Below are positions 50,608 through 62,440 of a stretch of DNA of 64,000 bases, one piece after another. The translations under genes were made by a program, and so were the position numbers. The DNA comes from Selaginella moellendorffii. Its lineage: Eukaryota > Plantae > Lycopodiophyta. The notes beneath the pieces are model-generated. The model ran no database searches. It worked only from the letters and a program-made list of their open reading frames with translations, and was not told where the DNA came from. The stretch lies in the NCBI RefSeq assembly GCF_000143415.4, contig NW_003314262.1, positions 3,978,021-4,042,020 on the forward strand. The letters are read 5' to 3'. How positions within the stretch are numbered: position 1 is the stretch's first letter; each line of letters opens with the position of its first letter.

Positions 50608-53600
50608 TTACTTTCCGGCCCTCTGTTTTAAGTGTCGCATGGTCATTATTAGATCCCGTAGTTTCTCCCGTGTGATTAATGTGAATCTGTCTCTTTTGAC
50701 CAACTTGTGACCGCAGGCTTTGGAGGGTGCAATGACATTCGAGGACGAGCCACGCTCATGGGAGAAAAGGACACCGTTCAGATCAAAAACGATACAGTAC
50801 CTTTGCCGTGACTCTGAAATGAAATGCATCAGCATAAAAAATGGTACAAGTCAATTTTACCATCTACAATATTAGCGAATGTTGCTCCCGATGGTCGTTG
50901 AGAGGGTTTTGGTCGAGGAAACGTGAAGGGCGGAAATACTCTCCTCTGCAATGTGGGGTCAATCGCATCCGATGGCATGTGGGCACATGCCATTTCAGCT
51001 GTAGACTCTGGTACAACTGGCTCAACAGTGGCATGGGGTGGTTCCGATGGCGTGTGATCACACGCAATTTCAGCTGGTGCCTCCGTTGGCAAAGTGGACA
51101 TGACCGAACAGGCAGCAGGGGCGGTGTAGGGAGGTTCCAACGGCGCGTAGTCAGACGATTGGGCACACGTTGAGTCCGTTGGAAATGAGGATACGACCGG
51201 CTCGGCGGCTGGGGCGGCCTCATGTGGGTCCAATGGCGCCTGGTCACCGTCAGTTGGATACGTGGACAAGATTGACTCAGTGGTATGGGCAGCATCAAGT
51301 GGAGCGTGGTCAGCTTGCTTGGCGTTGATATGGATAGTAGCCTCCACTAGCTCTGATGACTCTTGCAGCCAAGTAGAGTCCACTGGCGGATCCATATGCA
51401 TGTCCAAATATCTCCCTTCGATTGAGATGGTATCCTCCCGTGCTACTAAAAACAAACTCATTAGCACATTGAATCGACTATACTATATTTACCATCAACT
51501 GCTATTGAGGAACTAGGACCGATATCACTTGGGCGCACTGCTGATTCTGAAGGATTGGACATACGTTTCGACCCTTGCTTGGCACTATCCTTCCTCGACA
51601 CTAAAGGCTAGAGTTTGTAAATTCAACTGAATAATCTCTACTTACCATTTGCTCTGCGACCTACATGGACAATGTTAGAAATGGTAAAAGGTTAGGAATG
51701 GATGTACTATTATTTACCTGATGGTTTGTCTTGTATGACCTTCCTCCGCTGCTCTTTGGCCACCTCAGGCTGGCCATCGTCGTCATCATTGTCGTCGTCG
51801 TTATTGTGATCGTCACCATTGTGAGGACCATCCAAGTCCTCTTCGTCCTCCTCTTCTTCGTCCTCCTCTTCTTTGTCCTCCTCTTCGTCCTTCTGCTCTT
51901 CCTGCTCATTATCTTTCTCTGGCTCCTCATCCCCCTCCTGCATTTCTTCCATAGGCTGCTCAGGCTGGATGGCTTGTTCTTCCAGGACCATCTTGGGAAA
52001 ATCATCTGGCCGAGTCTCCATCTCAAAATACAAGACATCCATAGCCTGTTTTAGTGCGTGACCTAGGACCGTATCCTCACCCGACTGTCTTAACATGGTT
52101 TCTGCACGTTCTTGCACCCTTCGAAGATGACGAGATGAGAAAAACGTGGCCCTGACTTGAAAAGCATCCCTCATCCATTGTACCTCTCTATTGAGATTGG
52201 GGAAGGGGAGTCCGCCATAGGAATCTGAGTCATGAGGTGGTGACTGCCTGCTTTCACTCAACCCTTGATCTGCAATGAATGGCATGAGCACACACGCCAT
52301 AACCGCGAGGCATTACCTATCATCTTTTCGTTTCCCTTCTTCCTTTTCGAATCAAACGCCTCTGATCTCGACGACTGTCCAACGTGCTTTCGCTTTTTAT
52401 GACCACTGTCAGTTTGAGCTTGGCTGGTGCTTGCCTGTTTTGCCTTTGAAGAAGTTTCTCCTGCAAGGAATGGCATGAGACCACACGCCATTGCAAATAT
52501 AATTTGTACCTCCTTTTTTCCTATTGCTTGTCTGTTTGTCCTTCTTCGATGCGCCACCAGTGCGCTTTTCAGTCCTCGTGTCTGAATATTCACAACGATC
52601 TATAATCAAAATGGCGTGAGGCCTCACGTGACCTTACCTTGTGCAGGTTGTGAGCTCGGCCCAACATGGGTATCTTCAACAGTAGCTGTTAACACCGTTT
52701 CAGCATCTGGGGGTGGCCACGCTCCTGCATACAGAGCTTGTGAGATAACATTTAAACTTAAAGTGTGTACTCACCAGGTTCGCAGAGAAGATACTGTTTT
52801 TCTTTGGCAACTGTAATTATATGCTCCATTGAAGTCACCTCTTCAATGGAGTTTGTCACCGCAACACATGGGACACCCTTGAGTAGTGCGGCTCGAAAGA
52901 ATAGTCCGCCGCAGTTGTACTCGACAACACATTTGCCCTTGGAGTCGGAAGCAGGTGACCCACCCGCTATTGCGTTGAAGACCCAGCTGAGCATTTCCCA
53001 TGCTGCACCTGGAGCTTTCTTTGGATTCGAAAGCTCCATAGCCGTCTTTAGTTCCTCAGGCACGGGTAAATTGACCTCCCTCAGATCAATTCGATTGGCC
53101 TTGTCGAACGAAGCTGGGAAGTCACTCCAGTCCCACTCTGCTGCAGGACCAATAACAAGGGCGAGTGTGAAGATGCGGACATTCGTCGGTATCTTCTTCT
53201 TAGCCATTATCCCATGGATCTCCCGCATCTCCTTGCCTTTCAACCGAGCCTTCACCTCGTTCAAGGCCTTCCAGAACTTGTGATAGGATTCGGAGTCGTA
53301 GATCATATAGTGGACTGAAGATTCCACCTCCACAAGTCCCACCATTAAGTCAATGATGGAGCTGACTTCATCTGCATGAGTGATTTCCTCGTTTGTGAAG
53401 TCCATCACACAAAAGATGTTCTTGACCTGCTCATCTCCGCGGGAAACGATGCTCCTCCACCTTTGATCCTCATCCGAATTCAAGTATACCCGGTAAGGTT
53501 CTCGATAGGCCTCTGCTGCGGGGTCGAGCTGTTTCTGAAGCCGACGGTCGACATCAATCTTAATGAAATTTGGATACTAATCCAACTTCTCAGCTTTACT

Positions 53601-55573
53601 TTTCGTGGCATCCCGCAGTAGATCGATGAACTTGGGGGCCCCCTTCACGTACTCGTCGATGTCTTCATTTGACAACTCCAGCGCTTCCATCATCTCTTGC
53701 GTGGTGTCGATGCTCACCCTCTCCACGGCCACTTGCTCGAAGATCCAATCCTTCAATAGCGCACGAGCTCTCAGAGTCGTGCACAAGTCCTCGTATGTCA
53801 CAATATGGCCGGGAGTCATTTTGGTCTTGTTGAAGACTACCTCACCACGTAGAAGAGCATTAGCCACTGTCAGAAGGTCGTCGTCGTCTAGAGACCGCGA
53901 GAAACGCAAGGCGTTGAGCTTCAAATCATTGGGCTTCCGGCCGTCTTCCACACCCATTGAGTTTGGCAACTCCCCGTCATGGTACCTCCTCAGCACATCT
54001 ACCCATTTGTCAAAAACAACTTTTGTCGCGAGTAGAATGTTATGGATGCTGAGTGTGTCATTGACCCCCAGTGTTTTCGAGAGAAGACTCGAGAATTCCT
54101 GCAATGGAAATGGCGTGAGGCCACATGCTATGCCACATGCAACGAGGCTTACCTACCAGGCGCTAGTTGCTAGTGCACGTCCTTGTCCTGGTTTTTGTGG
54201 CTTCTTCAGTTGAACCCAGAGCTTCCGTGTTCGTGCCAATGTCTCGTGCAGACCCGATTTGTAGCACGTTTCTTGCTTGACATTCTGCGCGTGGGAGATG
54301 TATATGATAGATCGGAGGGGCGAGTTGCCTTTTATCAGGTGGACAACTCTTGTCTTGAAGACTTTCTTCACCTCCTCGCCCACCATAATATCCACAACTA
54401 TCTCTTGCATCGCCAAGCTAGAATGCTGCCCAGAGACGGCATAGAACCGGATGTTCTGATCGTCCAACACCTTCCTATTGATCAAGTCTGGAAACCTCGT
54501 CTCGCCCTTCATTGTTCAGTAGTAGGGGATCACGTCTGCGATGTCGGGTGTTACTGGACTTGCCAGCATCTTCTGCTTCAGTTTCTCCACCCACTCATCA
54601 GATACTAGCCTGTGGTTGTATTTGCTTTGGATGTCGATACGGCTCACGTCGATTGTATATACTTTGTTGGAATAGTAACAAGTACTATTATCTGCGACGA
54701 TTTTTGCTGCCTCTTCTTGCTCTTTCTGCTCTTTGCAGCTCTTCTTTTTGGTGGGTGTAGTGTTCGAACCCGAGGCAATGGCATCACTGAGTAGCTTCTT
54801 TTTTGGAGCAGGAGAGTCGGACGTCGGCTTGAGCTTGACCACCCTTTTCTGCTTCGAGGTAGTTTCCAGATCGACCCCCTTCCCCTTTGCTTCGCGAACT
54901 GGAGTCACTCTCAACGGCTCAATGTTGGAATATAGTTTTTGAACATCGCCGTAGGTGAGGTCCGTGGATTCCATGTGATCTTCATAGACCCGCAACGTCT
55001 TTGAAATTGTGGGCCTCCTGGACAACCTCTCCCTAGCTCCCTCTAGGAATTCCTCATAGCCGCTGCCCCCCTCCGGGAAGCCGCTAGGATGTGCAAGGTG
55101 GATCTTGAAGGCAGACGCTGTCTCTACCACAAGTGCCAGTCCATATTCTTGCATGGAACTGCATGGAGTGTCTGTCACTTGGATGAGGATCCCCATGCAT
55201 TCTTTTCTCCCACCATCTGTGTTGTACAGCCTCAGATCCTCGCCTTCCATCCCGAAAGTCCAACTGGTGAGCTCCTCCCCCTTCTCTGCATCCACATTGA
55301 CAGTGGCTGGAAGAAGAACGCAATTCCTCGCCTGTTCAGAAATGCACAACAATTAGAGCTGACAGATGAAAAGCTAGTAGCTGGAAATAACGTGAGGCCA
55401 CACGCCATTCACCACTGCATCAGATGTCTTGAGGCTGCATCCTAAGATGGCGTGAGGCTACACGCCATCTGTAACCGGACTGCACTCGAGAGCCCAATCG
55501 GTGCATGCCAATGTTGCTACTGAATGGCATGTGGCCTCATGCCATTTTCTACTTGGCCTAAAAGACTTACCAT
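50608..55573 (-). pseudogene. ParB-like / degenerate MTase-like / acidic / FCP1-HAD-fragment gene 2 (about 11 exons)
   Basis: Spliceable in frame: ATG|55570 intron, then introns 54099-54152, 52725-52774, 52582-52637, 52461-52509, 52270-52316 and others. ParB-like IDVSRI...HRLVSDEWVEKLKQKM...YAVSGQHS; MTase-like CVVEYNCGG...AALLKGVPCVAV; IVFDLNGVL. Three in-frame stops (54516, 54153, 53577). Confidence 0.68.
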
Positions 55574-56803
55574 TTGAAGCCGAATGGAGGCGTGACAACC
55601 GGACTCGCTGGCGAATGTGCACTGTGTGTGCAGCGGATCGTAGCAGCAAGGCTACTCTGCCACTTACAGTTGGAGAGTGGCACTGAAATCTCCCGGGACG
55701 CCAAGTGGGCTGCGTGTGGGTGGCGAAGTGGGCGGCGGAGTTGGCGGCAAAGTTACAAACTGGGTGTGTCTTGAAGTGGACGCCGATGCACACGAGCGCG
55801 ATGCAAGCGCGAGTGTGATGCAAGCGCGAGTGGACGCCGATGCACACGAGAAACCTGTAGAGAAGTGGGAGCGCGAGTGGGAGCGCGATGCGAGCGCGAG
55901 TACGAAGCAAAATGCAAAACCTAACCTCACACGCGCGAAATGTCACGACGGTTGGTAATCCCGCCACGTCATCATTTCTTGGACTTGGGCGCCACCATTA
56001 ATTTCTGGATCGGCGCGCGCATGCGTGAAATCCAAAAGAAATCCGCAACGTCATCATTCCTCGGACTGCATGCACGCGAAATCCAAAAGAAAGATCATGA
56101 TTGGGATATCATTTAATACCCTCGCTATATTTATACCATGCATGATTGGATATTCCAAAGCATCTTGTATTTCCAAAAATGCCAGATGTTCAGCTAAATA
56201 AATTGTCAGAGGATTTGATGTGACGTTCAAGCATGTGGGCTCATGCAATTTTGATCCCAAAAAATGCACCAAAAAATGCTCGGCGTCATCTGGCGTTATC
56301 TCGTGAATGGCGTGGGGCCGCATGCCATTTTCAGGAGCACATAGGAGTATATTCCTAGAATATTCTGACACGCGCGAGATTGTTTTGAGTTTCCTGGAGA
56401 TCCAACTATTAGATCGCAACTAGATTTTACAGAATGGTATACAATGTCCTTCTTGATGACCCTAGAAAGAAGCATCTTGATCGGACACCACATGAGACCA
56501 CACGAGCCTTACAATGTTTCAGGGGCATTTGCCATAGATCCGACCGTTATTTTGCTCCAAGATTCTACAGTTTGGTGTGCATTGACCTTTCCATCGACAC
56601 TGCAAAGGGACATCACAATCACAGATGCGGGATCACAAGAAACCAACTTCACTAACTCTGGTTTCACCAAGATCTACGTAAGGAGTTATGAAATGAAAGG
56701 ACCCTCTCTATTGAAATGTGTTTATGGTCCTAGGGGCATTGTGACATATCAAAGGATTTTGCATCAAGTTTTGTATTTGCATGTTTATCAAGCTACTGAA
56801 TTG

Positions 56804-56836
56804 CTAAACCCTAAACCCTAAACCCTAACCCTAAAC
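56804..56836. repeat. Short plant-telomere-like (CCCTAAA)n / telo-box tract in the divergent intergenic region
   Basis: ctaaaccctaaaccctaaaccctaaccctaaac. Confidence 0.85.
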
Positions 56837-58121
56837 ATGTGGCAAATGCTGCGTGAAGAAAGATGCCCTTTCTGGGCAAATGCTGTAAGAGGCAGATTCC
56901 GAGCAGATGTATCTCAGGCCAGCGAAGGGGACAAACGAAAGCTAGCTATAAACATGACGGGATGCAAATAGATTACTAGGCTGGTCCTGCGAAAATCAAA
57001 AACCATAATTGAAAACATTGAAAATGCAAAAAGAAAGGTTTATAATATTTTTAAATTTTAAGCAACCAAATGAATGTAAGTAGGGCATGTGTTTGTAAGT
57101 TTAAAAATGCCTCAACCACTTAAATTCCCAAGTAATTAAAGCTGTTTCTATTTTTGGTACAGGTAAACTTTATAGCGTGTGGGCTCATGCAATTTTGAAC
57201 CCAAAAATGCACCAAAAAATGCTCGACTAGCATTATTCTTTGAATGGTGTGTGGCCTTATATTGCCATAAATGGACGTACACACACAGCATAATTATTCC
57301 TTTACACGGCGAATAATCTTGGCGCGGATCGCTGACATGGCATGGCAAAGTTCGAATCACTGACATGGCACAGCTGGATCGAGGCAAGGACATGATGTGA
57401 CAAAGTTCAACCTCCGACAGCAAAGTCTAGAAGCTACTCAGTTTGAAATTTGTCAGAGGAATCATAAGATCTGGTTTGTCAGAGGATTTGATGTGACGTT
57501 CAAGCGTGTGTTATTTTTGAATTCTCGAACTCATTCCTAGGTCTATCATTTTTGTGCGCCGTGTTCTTGGTTCCGCTGAGCGCAGTGAGCGCTGCTTGTG
57601 TAAGCGGCGTTGTGAGTTGTGGTTTATGCGTCTACAAGCGGTTGCGGCATTGCGAGCGCCATTGCGAGCGGCAGTTTATGCGAGTGGCAGTTTGTGCGAA
57701 CGGCGCTACGAGCAGTTGCAGTGTTGCGAGCGGCGCTACGAGTAGTTGCGGTGTTGCGAGCGGCACTGTCTTTGGTGTGGCTACCGCTTCCTCTTGATAT
57801 TCGGCACTTGTGCTTCCTGGTATGTTCACCATGGAATGGTTTAGGACCACATTTAGAAATGGCATGAGGCCACATGCCATCTTGAGCCCTTGCAATTTCA
57901 TGGTTAGCGTATTGTCATGTATGTTTTTACTTGCTTGCAGCTGTGTGTATATCAAGATGGCATGAGGCCTCATGCCAATTTTGTGAATGCGAAATTTCAC
58001 GTGGGTGTCAATAGCATGTTTGAATAATGGCATGTGGCCTCATGCTATTTGGTATGTTATGATTTAGGCCATTCTCCAATCATTTTTTGTATGGTCTTAA
58101 CTTCTTTTCTGCACTTTCAGA

Positions 58122-61100
58122 ATGGCCTTCAGGGTTGGGGAAAAGGTTTACATTTTGAATGGTGGGAAGAGAGTTGCAAAAGGGACCCTTGTATCTATGG
58201 ATCGGAACTTTGTTATACACTGTCAAAGGCTTGGGGAAGGCAATGCTGCTGTATCAGTAGAGACTGTCTTCGATGGGAATGTGGTCGCTATTGAACGAGG
58301 AGAGATGGTCATCAGGGTAAATGTTGTTGTTGCCTTGAAAAATCTGCAGAAGAAAGCAGATGTTGGGGACAGCGCAAGTGCGACGTATGTTCCCTCCGTG
58401 GATCTTAAGAACCGTGCTACATGGATTCAGGCAAAGGTGTTTCTAAACAACCCCGAGGGGGAGGTGGTAGCTGAGGGCTTAGCCACAGTTGTCGATCCAA
58501 GAGATGCGATTGCTAATCAAGAATTGGGCTGGGATGATATTGGAGTTGCGATTTTAGAGGTTGTTGACACAGAAGAAAACAGTCTGACTATTGGAAGCAT
58601 TGTGCGGTGGAAATTGAGGCATTTAGTGTTTGAGAATGTGAAGGATTCACAATCAAACACCACTACAACTGATGACAGAACATCTCTTCATGGGAAAAGA
58701 AAGTACACCTTCCTACAGCGCAGCCAAAGGGATCTGAGCAACGAACCAAAAAGGCAGAAAATGGCGATGGAGGTTCGAATGGTCTCGACAGTTGCTTGTT
58801 GCAAGAGGAGGTGCTGTCAACATGCTGATTGGGATGCTATTGAAGAGGAGAGAGCAAGATACAAGACATTGTCCTGGAAGGCAGCTCACAATTTTGTGTA
58901 TGAGGCATTACGGTCATCTGTTGATGCTTCAGAACATCAGGTGGGGGGCATGGTCTTCCAGAGGGGTTTGGTCTGCATGAAGGCATGGAGAATCATTTAT
59001 GGAGTCCCTCGAACCACATTCTACAGAATCAAAACTGAGTTCGAGGAACAAAGGGTTCAACAGGCAGTCCATGGGAACGACGGTACGCACAAAACCAGGG
59101 GTCATGTTGTATATGGAGAGGCAATCTTCAAGAGGTTTGTCGAGACATGTAGCGAGCAGCAACCACATAAAACCCGCCTCTTGGAAGATGGAACACGAGA
59201 CACCCAACGAGTTCTCCCTTCCATGTATACCAAGGGGGCCATATTAGAAGATGTGAATCGGGAACTCCAGAGTAATGGCTACAGGAAGCTGAGCCAATCT
59301 AGATTTAGTAGATTGTGGAGCAACAGGTTCAGGGATGTGAGTATAGGAAAGTACTCCAGCTTTTCAAAGTGTGACGAGTGCACTGCTATCAAAATGGCTT
59401 TGTCGAAGAATTCTTGTAGCGCTCAAGAGCGAGAGACGTTGGTTAGAAGGCGGCTCGACCACAACATCGAGCAGAGAAGCTGCAGGACTGCATATTATCA
59501 TAACAGGATTCTCTCCATGGAGAGACCTGACTCTTACCTCTGCATCATCCACGACAAAATGGACCAGAAAAAGACGTGCTTACCTCGACTCAATCCTGCC
59601 CCCAAGGCAATCTCTTCATCCATGCAGCTGCCTGTGTCTCTGTTTGGCATAATCGCTCATGGGCATGGTGCCCAGAACTATGGGAACTTCTTTGTACCTC
59701 TATGGGGTGGCGGGGGTGCAAACATGATGATTGCGTCCCTAGCAAAACACTTAAGGTCTCTGCAAAGTGCGCAGACTGAGCTGAACGGCCAACCCTTGCA
59801 TAAGGCCCTTGTCGATCGAACCCCATACAAGGTTCAGCTGGAGGAGGAGCAAAGGCTTGCAGTATCGTGTGGGGCCCCATGCCATCCCAGTGAATATGTT
59901 GGCCGTCAGATTGTAGGGTTATCACGTGAGGCCTCATGCCATTCCGACGAGGCTGGTCGCCCGGTGAATGCACAGCCTCATCCAAACGAAGCAGAATCTC
60001 AAGGAAGTTCTTGCGGCCGATGTGGCCTTCCACCCCATCTTCTGCTCCAAACAGACAATGCTGGCAGTGAGAACAAAAACATGTACGTCTTCGCGTACTT
60101 GGCGATGCTTGTTGCCAAAGGCATATTTGAAACGGTTACACTTGGCTTTCTCATGGTTGGGCACACTCATGAAGACGTCGATGCCATGTTCAGTCACCTG
60201 GCAGAGTCCCTCTGGCGATCCAATGTCCTCACCCTCCCACAACTCTATGATGAATTCCAAAATTGCATCAAAGGCACTGTTGAAGCTGCACTTGTGACAG
60301 AGGTTCCAGACTTTAAGGGGTTTGTAAGAGGCTACATCAGGGACGGATCCGAAACGCTGATTGGCCACTCCAAGCCTCTTCAGTTTCATTTCAGCATGCG
60401 TGACGGTGCTCCAGTGATGAGGTACAAGATGAGAGAATGGGACACAGTGTGGCTGCCAGTGGATGGCATTGAACTCTTCAAGAGAGATCCCATAACTGGG
60501 GAACCTATGATTCCTCAGGGTTCCCCACGGCCGATGCACCCGGATGGACTCAAAGACCAGGAAAGTATAGTGGCCGGGATTAGACAGCATATTGCCTTCT
60601 GGAAGAGGGGGTTGGTGTTTGGTGGAGAATCCTATTTTAAGAGGTGCAAGCCTTTGCTCGAATACTGGGAGAAGATTATATTTGCTATCCAAAATGGGCC
60701 GGTTGTATATGAAGAATTGGAAGAGTCCTTTTGGCCAGAACCCAGAGCACTAGATAGTAGCGGAACAATGTCCTCTGGAAATGCAGTGACAGATAACGAT
60801 GTTGAGGATCACTATTGTGGGCCGAGGAACAAGAAGCCGGATTCAGCATTCAATCCAGTACAGGTCTGCAAAGGAATGGTCGTGCTTGTCAGACCCAGTA
60901 ATAAAAAACAAATGATATGGGTGGGGCGTTGCATCACTGATGCAGAGGAGGACGCGGAAACTAACTCCTTCAATGTAACTGTGGAGTGGTTCAAGCCAAG
61001 TTCCGGATATACGAAGGATTGCCTAGAAAAGAGATGGGTGCTGAATCCAAGGGATCCCAGCATGAGCATATCGGTGGATAATGTTGTGCATGGTTGGATG

Positions 61101-61190
61101 CGGAAGCAGAGTGCCACCATCACCTTGCCAGACCATGCAAGAGATGCAGCAAGAGCATCCATAACCCGGGTTCAAGGTGAGATTCATTAA
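58122..61190 (+). CDS. Intact Sola1-like (DUF7869-type) DDD transposase, 1022 aa
   Basis: IIHDKMDQ, LLLQTDNAGSENKN, FLMVGHTHEDVDAMFS and FSKCDEC. Two N-terminal Tnp1/En-Spm-like repeats. A possible short last exon at 61229-61263. Confidence 0.8.
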   Translation: MAFRVGEKVYILNGGKRVAKGTLVSMDRNFVIHCQRLGEGNAAVSVETVFDGNVVAIERGEMVIRVNVVVALKNLQKKADVGDSASATYVPSVDLKNRATWIQAKVFLNNPEGEVVAEGLATVVDPRDAIANQELGWDDIGVAILEVVDTEENSLTIGSIVRWKLRHLVFENVKDSQSNTTTTDDRTSLHGKRKYTFLQRSQRDLSNEPKRQKMAMEVRMVSTVACCKRRCCQHADWDAIEEERARYKTLSWKAAHNFVYEALRSSVDASEHQVGGMVFQRGLVCMKAWRIIYGVPRTTFYRIKTEFEEQRVQQAVHGNDGTHKTRGHVVYGEAIFKRFVETCSEQQPHKTRLLEDGTRDTQRVLPSMYTKGAILEDVNRELQSNGYRKLSQSRFSRLWSNRFRDVSIGKYSSFSKCDECTAIKMALSKNSCSAQERETLVRRRLDHNIEQRSCRTAYYHNRILSMERPDSYLCIIHDKMDQKKTCLPRLNPAPKAISSSMQLPVSLFGIIAHGHGAQNYGNFFVPLWGGGGANMMIASLAKHLRSLQSAQTELNGQPLHKALVDRTPYKVQLEEEQRLAVSCGAPCHPSEYVGRQIVGLSREASCHSDEAGRPVNAQPHPNEAESQGSSCGRCGLPPHLLLQTDNAGSENKNMYVFAYLAMLVAKGIFETVTLGFLMVGHTHEDVDAMFSHLAESLWRSNVLTLPQLYDEFQNCIKGTVEAALVTEVPDFKGFVRGYIRDGSETLIGHSKPLQFHFSMRDGAPVMRYKMREWDTVWLPVDGIELFKRDPITGEPMIPQGSPRPMHPDGLKDQESIVAGIRQHIAFWKRGLVFGGESYFKRCKPLLEYWEKIIFAIQNGPVVYEELEESFWPEPRALDSSGTMSSGNAVTDNDVEDHYCGPRNKKPDSAFNPVQVCKGMVVLVRPSNKKQMIWVGRCITDAEEDAETNSFNVTVEWFKPSSGYTKDCLEKRWVLNPRDPSMSISVDNVVHGWMRKQSATITLPDHARDAARASITRVQGEIH

Positions 61191-62440
61191 TATTCCTTTA
61201 CTAAGTTTCTAATGTATTTTATTTCAAGGTGAACAATCCGAATTTGAATCAGAGGAGGCGTGATGGCATGTGGCCCTTTGCACTAGTATATCTTAATACC
61301 GGTCTGAGAAATAGAATGGCATGTGCTCTCAGGCCTTTTACTAAATCACCTTTGAAAGAAATGCAAGCCTCTATGTCGTAAAAAAAAGGTACTAGAGAAA
61401 TTCCTTAATAATATGAATGTTATTTAGTTTCATGAAAATACACTAAGGGTCAAATGAGTTAAATGACTTCTCCAGACTAGCAATGCCTCTTGCTACACCT
61501 TCACAATTAGATTCGTTAGAAAAAGATAACATTGAATAATATCTAAATGTTCTCACCATTAAGTTATATGTTTGGCTAATAGGAATGACGTTCATCTTGG
61601 AAAGCTCACCACACGCTCAATGAACAAACAAATAGTGTGTGCGCGCATGCCATCGCTCTTCTTTAGCTTCAGATTCGGCTTGTTCACCTTGACAATGAGA
61701 TTTATTATACAACCAGATGGACTCAGTCTGGACACAAAGTCACCGCGCTAGTCACCATGCCCCAGATATGTCTAGCCCCTGGACAAAAAACATATAATTT
61801 CACGTCATTTTCAAATACTTGAAAATTTGTACCTAGTCCCATTTTACTGAATAAATCCCACTTTAACGAAATAGAGCTTGCTCAGAGAATTTCGTGAGTT
61901 GCCTTCAACCTCAAGGAGGTAAATTATATTTATTAAAATTTCAATATATATTTCATTCTATTTTATAGATCACAGTCACCTAGAGTTTCTAGAATTGGAG
62001 GCTTTGGAAGTCTCTCTGATTATGCAAAAGCCATGGCTCAACATATGCAAGGTGAATCTTCCCCACAATACCAATATAGGAGGAAGTATAAAAGAAATCA
62101 TTATGTTGATGATGAGGCAAAAAAAAGTTAATTGCATCCTTACATAAAATGGAAAGCTTGTTATATGTTAGATGTTAGTGAAAGTGTCAAATATCAGTAA
62201 AATTGTCAAGTGTCAGTGTCAGTGTCAGATACCATAATTGCAGATTATCATTCTCACCTGTCACCATCACTTTGTAGCGCTTGTGTGTTGCCATTTCTTC
62301 CTTCAACATTTTGTAAATAATTGTATATGATATGATAGCACCTTCTAGAACAAGGTATGTTACCTACAACTAATATCATTTTATTATATTTTTTCTTTTA
62401 ATAGTGATAATACTATAGTATAGTAAAGTAATTCTAGATC

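Larger units (their letters stand above)
52279..61337. repeat. Dispersed 22-bp palindrome ATGGCRTGWGGCCWCAYGCCAT, about 16 copies
   Basis: Copies start at about 52279, 52470, 52611, 54110, 55387, 55447, 55524, 56307, 57244, 57859, 57957, 58028, 59864, 59921, 61263 and 61316. Confidence 0.9.

Noticed and set aside
35220-50630. TIRs/TSD for the MULE-like module (compared ~35220-35300 with ~50550-50630, allowing for the inversion)
   Set aside because: No convincing match by eye and no continuation of the FCP1 exon. Element ends remain undefined.
28210-55573. Bacterial or phage contamination as the source of the ParB-MTase genes
   Set aside because: The genes have spliceosomal introns, an NLS, plant TRIM insertions and methylation-type decay.
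56804-56836. Telomere or chromosome-healing site
   Set aside because: Only 4-5 units with module sequence continuing on both sides. Better read as telo-boxes.
52765-60692. Long antisense ORFs (52765-53283, 53605-54213, 59934-60692)
   Set aside because: Shadows of the coding frames on the opposite strand.
52279-61337. CRISPR array reading of the palindromes
   Set aside because: Irregular spacing from ~50 bp to >1 kb, location in introns, and no cas genes.
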